Part shown: piece by piece, positions 60,818 to 64,000 of the stretch
How the letters are laid out: each line of letters begins with the position of its first letter
How positions within the stretch are numbered: position 1 is the stretch's first letter
Origin: an uncultured delta proteobacterium
GTDB taxonomy: Bacteria; Desulfobacterota; Binatia; Binatales; Binataceae
Direction of reading: 5' to 3'
NCBI GenBank assembly: GCA_963765675.1
Contig: CAVXXK010000006.1
Location: forward strand, 64,001-128,000
DNA: 64,000 nucleotides
Notes under the pieces: generated by a model
Database searches by the model: none
What the model saw: the letters and a program-made list of their open reading frames with translations, nothing else
Told to the model about the DNA's origin: nothing
Program-made: the position numbers and the translations under genes

Positions 60818-61573
60818 CTAGCCGTGGCATTGGAAGCGGATATGCGAACTGCCCGACTTGATTCTATCGACGCGGGCGCGGACCTTCGTTGTCAGCGGCA
60901 GATCGGGAAATGCTTTCGCGAATGCTTCGAGGCCGTCGGCAACCTGCTGCTGAGTTCCGCATGCGCAGGTGCCCGCGGATAATTCCGCATCCATGCTGTC
61001 CAGTTCGCCCTGCGCTTCGGTCGCGTAGTCGCCCGGATACTGCGTGCGAAAGACCAACCATCCCCGGTAAAGACCAACGATCAACGGTCCGTCGAATTTC
61101 GTGCATCGTGCGGAGGCGCCTTGCACCGACACGTAGCTTGGAAAATCCGGACTCGAGTCGGGTTCGGTGCGGGCGTAGATGTCAAAAAATGCGCGGTCGG
61201 CTTTGGTGCCTTTGCGCCGTGCGAGATTTTTGAAGAAGTCGGCGCTCGGACGAACGACGTCGGTCTCGCCCCGGACGATCTGCATTCCGGGCATCTTCTT
61301 TTTCAGCGCCGCGAGCTCGTCGGCGCTGAGCGTATCGAGAATCGCCTGGACCTCGGGCGAGGATTTGATCCCGATTTCGAACACCGGCTGCAGGCTTTGC
61401 CGCGAATGCGATTTCATGACCGCATCGAGTGCGCTGGTGTACTGGTCAACCGCCGCCGGAGCTTCCGCGGCGCGCACGCATATCGCGGACATCGCGGATG
61501 CTCCAATCACGATCGCGATGGCGATAGCCAGCGCCGCTCGCCGCGTATGAGAATCAATGGATGAAATGCGCAT
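60818..61573 (-). CDS. Secreted hypothetical protein
   Basis: Signal-like hydrophobic stretch ending VRA-AE; several Cys; no family recognised. Start approximate. Confidence 0.6.
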   Translation of the reverse strand: MRISSIDSHTRRAALAIAIAIVIGASAMSAICVRAAEAPAAVDQYTSALDAVMKSHSRQSLQPVFEIGIKSSPEVQAILDTLSADELAALKKKMPGMQIVRGETDVVRPSADFFKNLARRKGTKADRAFFDIYARTEPDSSPDFPSYVSVQGASARCTKFDGPLIVGLYRGWLVFRTQYPGDYATEAQGELDSMDAELSAGTCACGTQQQVADGLEAFAKAFPDLPLTTKVRARVDRIKSGSSHIRFQCHG

Positions 61574-61709
61574 CGCTATTCTGGCGCGATTGGTAGCATC
61601 GCGGGCGAGGTACGCGCAACGTCTGGGGAGCGGGCGGCGCGCTCCCGCGAACCGATTCGATCTCGTTTCCGCAGGCCGCGCCGCCACGCTTGGGGAAGGC
61701 TTGAGTCTC

Positions 61710-64000
61710 TCAGGCCGCCCGCTTGCCGTCGGGGTCCGAGACGGCGCGATGTATCGCTTCGAGCAGTGTGGCCTTGCGCACCGGCTTGGTGATGTGCGCG
61801 TCGCATCCGGCTTCCTGCGTGCGATGCAGATTCTCGTCGAGGGCGGAAGCGGTCAGCGCCAGAATCGGAGTGCGCGCCTGATTGTGGTCGCGCTCCCAAT
61901 CGCGAATCGCACGCGTGGCCGTGTATCCATCGACCTCCGGCATCTGCATGTCCATCAACACCACGTCGTAAGGGCGCGAGACAAACTTGTCGATCGCGAC
62001 ACGGCCATTCTCGGCCTCGTCGAGATGGTACGGAGTGTTCTTGAGATAGGCGCGCACCAGGATCCGGTTGTCGGCGGAGTCGTCGGCCAGCATGATTCGC
62101 AGCGGGCGGTTGATGATAAGTGCAGACGGCGCGATCGGGATCACGCCGGCGATCGCCAGTTGCGAGGCAATCGGCGCGCGCGCGATCGCCGGATTGTCGT
62201 CAAAGAGAATCGCGGCGCGAAGATCGGCCATCGCCACCGGCTTGACGATCCACGAGCCCAGCGCCAGAGACCTGATCTGCGCGATTTCGTCCGACGCGAG
62301 CATCAGCGAGATGGTCCGCGCCGGCGCTCCGAGCGCGCGCATCCGCTCGGCGGTTTCGATTCCGCTAAGCGGGCGCATCCGGTTGTCAATCACGATCGCG
62401 TCGATCAGGCGGCCTTGCGCGCGCTCATGCTCGAACGCGGCGACCGCGCCGGGGCCGTTTTCTGCCATCACGCACTGCGCGCCCATCAACTCGAGCATCT
62501 CGAGCATGATCGTGCGGCGTGTTGCATTCTCGGCGGCGACCAGGACTCGCTTTCCTGCAAGGCTGCGGTCTGCGCTTCCTGCGGCGCCCGGCTGCAACTC
62601 GATCACGGCTGAGAAATGGAACACGCTGCCGTGTTCCAGCTCGCTTTCGGCCCACACGGTTGCGTTCATCAGGGCGGCCAGACGCCTGACGATCGCAAGG
62701 CCCAATCCGCTGCCTCCATAGCGCCGCGTGGTCGAGGAGTCGGCCTGGGTAAACGGCATAAAGATACTTTCGAGTTGGTCGGCTGCGATTCCCACTCCGG
62801 TATCACGCACGGCGAACAACAGCGCGCCGGGCTCGGCGCAAGAGTGGTCGGGCTCAACGCTGACCAGAATCTCGCCGCAGCGGGTGAATTTGATCGCGTT
62901 GCCGATGAGGTTGATCAGAATCTGGCGCAGGCGCAGCGAATCGCCGACGCGCGCGGTGACGGTCTCGGGCGCGATCCGCACCAGCAGCTCGAGGCCTTTT
63001 TCGTGCGCGCGGATCGCCACCGCCTCCGCGGATTTTTCGATCACCTCGCGCAGATCGAACGGCGCTTTCTCGAGCGTCATGTGGCCGCTCTCGACTTTCG
63101 CGAGATCCAGGATGTCGCTCAAAAGCGCCAGCAGCGCGTGTCCGTTGCTGACCAGGTTCTGCACGTAGTGCCGCTGCTCGGCGGTCATCTGGGTCTCGGC
63201 GAGCAGGTCGGCCATGCCCAGGATCGAGTTCATCGGGGTGCGGATCTCGTGCGACATGCTCGAAAGGAATTCGCTCTTCGCGCGCGAGGCCTGCAGCGCC
63301 GACTCGCTCGCCGCCACCAGCGCTTTCTCCGTCCGTTTGAGCGCGGTGATGTCGCGGGTGATCGACAGGCAACATTGCTTGCCGGCCAACTCGAGCACGA
63401 CTCCGGAGATAAGGCAGTTCATGACCAGGCCGTTTTGAATCCGGAAATCCGCCTCCATATCGCGCACGTAGCCATTCACCTCAATTTCCCGGGCGAAGGC
63501 CGCGCGCCTGCCCTTATCCACCCACAAGCCGGTGCGCGCGAAGCCCTTTCCGATAACGGTATCGCGCGAGATGCCGGTGTTGCGCTCGAACGCGGCGTTT
63601 ACGTCTATATAGTTGCCATCGGCCATATCGGTGATCGTGATCGAATCGAAATTCGCGTCGAACACCTTGCGCAGAGTATCTTCGCTCTGGCGCAAGCTTT
63701 CTTGCGCGGCGCGGAAATCCGAGATGTCGCGCGCGATCGTGAGAATCGCCTTGTTTCCGCCAAGCTCGATAATCACGCCCGTGACCAGATGCGGCACGAT
63801 CTGGCCGGACACCCACAGATCGGCCGGCAAATTGCGCACCTCGCCCTTGGTGCCCAGCTGATCCATGAACGAGGCGAGCTGCGCGTCGTCGGTCCAGAAA
63901 CCGAGCTCGCGTGTGAAGTGTCCGATTATCTGATCGCGCGTGAGGCCGCTGCCGCGAATGAACTCGTCGTTGACGTCGATATACTCGCCCTTGGGAAATC
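61710..64000 (-). CDS. PAS-domain hybrid sensor histidine kinase/response regulator (5' truncated by window)
   Basis: PAS repeats, FLSSMSHEIRTPMN, NLIGNAIKF, DTGVGI, GGSGLGL, receiver DMQMP; frame open to the window edge. Confidence 0.93.
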   Translation of the reverse strand, partial: FPKGEYIDVNDEFIRGSGLTRDQIIGHFTRELGFWTDDAQLASFMDQLGTKGEVRNLPADLWVSGQIVPHLVTGVIIELGGNKAILTIARDISDFRAAQESLRQSEDTLRKVFDANFDSITITDMADGNYIDVNAAFERNTGISRDTVIGKGFARTGLWVDKGRRAAFAREIEVNGYVRDMEADFRIQNGLVMNCLISGVVLELAGKQCCLSITRDITALKRTEKALVAASESALQASRAKSEFLSSMSHEIRTPMNSILGMADLLAETQMTAEQRHYVQNLVSNGHALLALLSDILDLAKVESGHMTLEKAPFDLREVIEKSAEAVAIRAHEKGLELLVRIAPETVTARVGDSLRLRQILINLIGNAIKFTRCGEILVSVEPDHSCAEPGALLFAVRDTGVGIAADQLESIFMPFTQADSSTTRRYGGSGLGLAIVRRLAALMNATVWAESELEHGSVFHFSAVIELQPGAAGSADRSLAGKRVLVAAENATRRTIMLEMLELMGAQCVMAENGPGAVAAFEHERAQGRLIDAIVIDNRMRPLSGIETAERMRALGAPARTISLMLASDEIAQIRSLALGSWIVKPVAMADLRAAILFDDNPAIARAPIASQLAIAGVIPIAPSALIINRPLRIMLADDSADNRILVRAYLKNTPYHLDEAENGRVAIDKFVSRPYDVVLMDMQMPEVDGYTATRAIRDWERDHNQARTPILALTASALDENLHRTQEAGCDAHITKPVRKATLLEAIHRAVSDPDGKRAA

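Overview
High-GC bacterial chromosomal segment. Ca. Binatota-like origin is an inference from gene content and sequence style only. Left to right: 3' part of a Tad/Flp pilus locus, TPR and Bcp genes, a sigma54 activator with its own -24/-12 promoter, XdhC/MocA, an ECF sigma/anti-sigma module, assorted enzymes, uppP, glyA, F420-dependent LLM enzymes, a six-gene cluster (two SDRs, PaaA-like diiron protein, TetR, aryl-AMP ligase, heme-oxygenase-like diiron enzyme), the imuA-imuB-dnaE2 mutagenesis cassette, an F420 operon (cofG-cofH-cofD-cofE) coupled to a polyprenyl synthase, a 2-oxoacid dehydrogenase E1a/E1b/E2 operon, a nuoB-nuoF-nuoG mini-operon and a truncated hybrid histidine kinase. No rRNA, tRNA, CRISPR array or transposase was seen. 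Intergenic DNA carries at least four families of palindromic REP/MITE-like repeats that nest in or abut each other. The most striking observation is that imuA, imuB and dnaE2 each carry a homologous ~140-155 codon, stop-free, in-frame stretch built from one of these families, in the same orientation and mostly the same frame. The cassette is preceded by a candidate direct-repeat operator. About eight single-base (+1) frameshifts are probably long-read assembly errors. All calls are by eye from motifs; no database searches were run.
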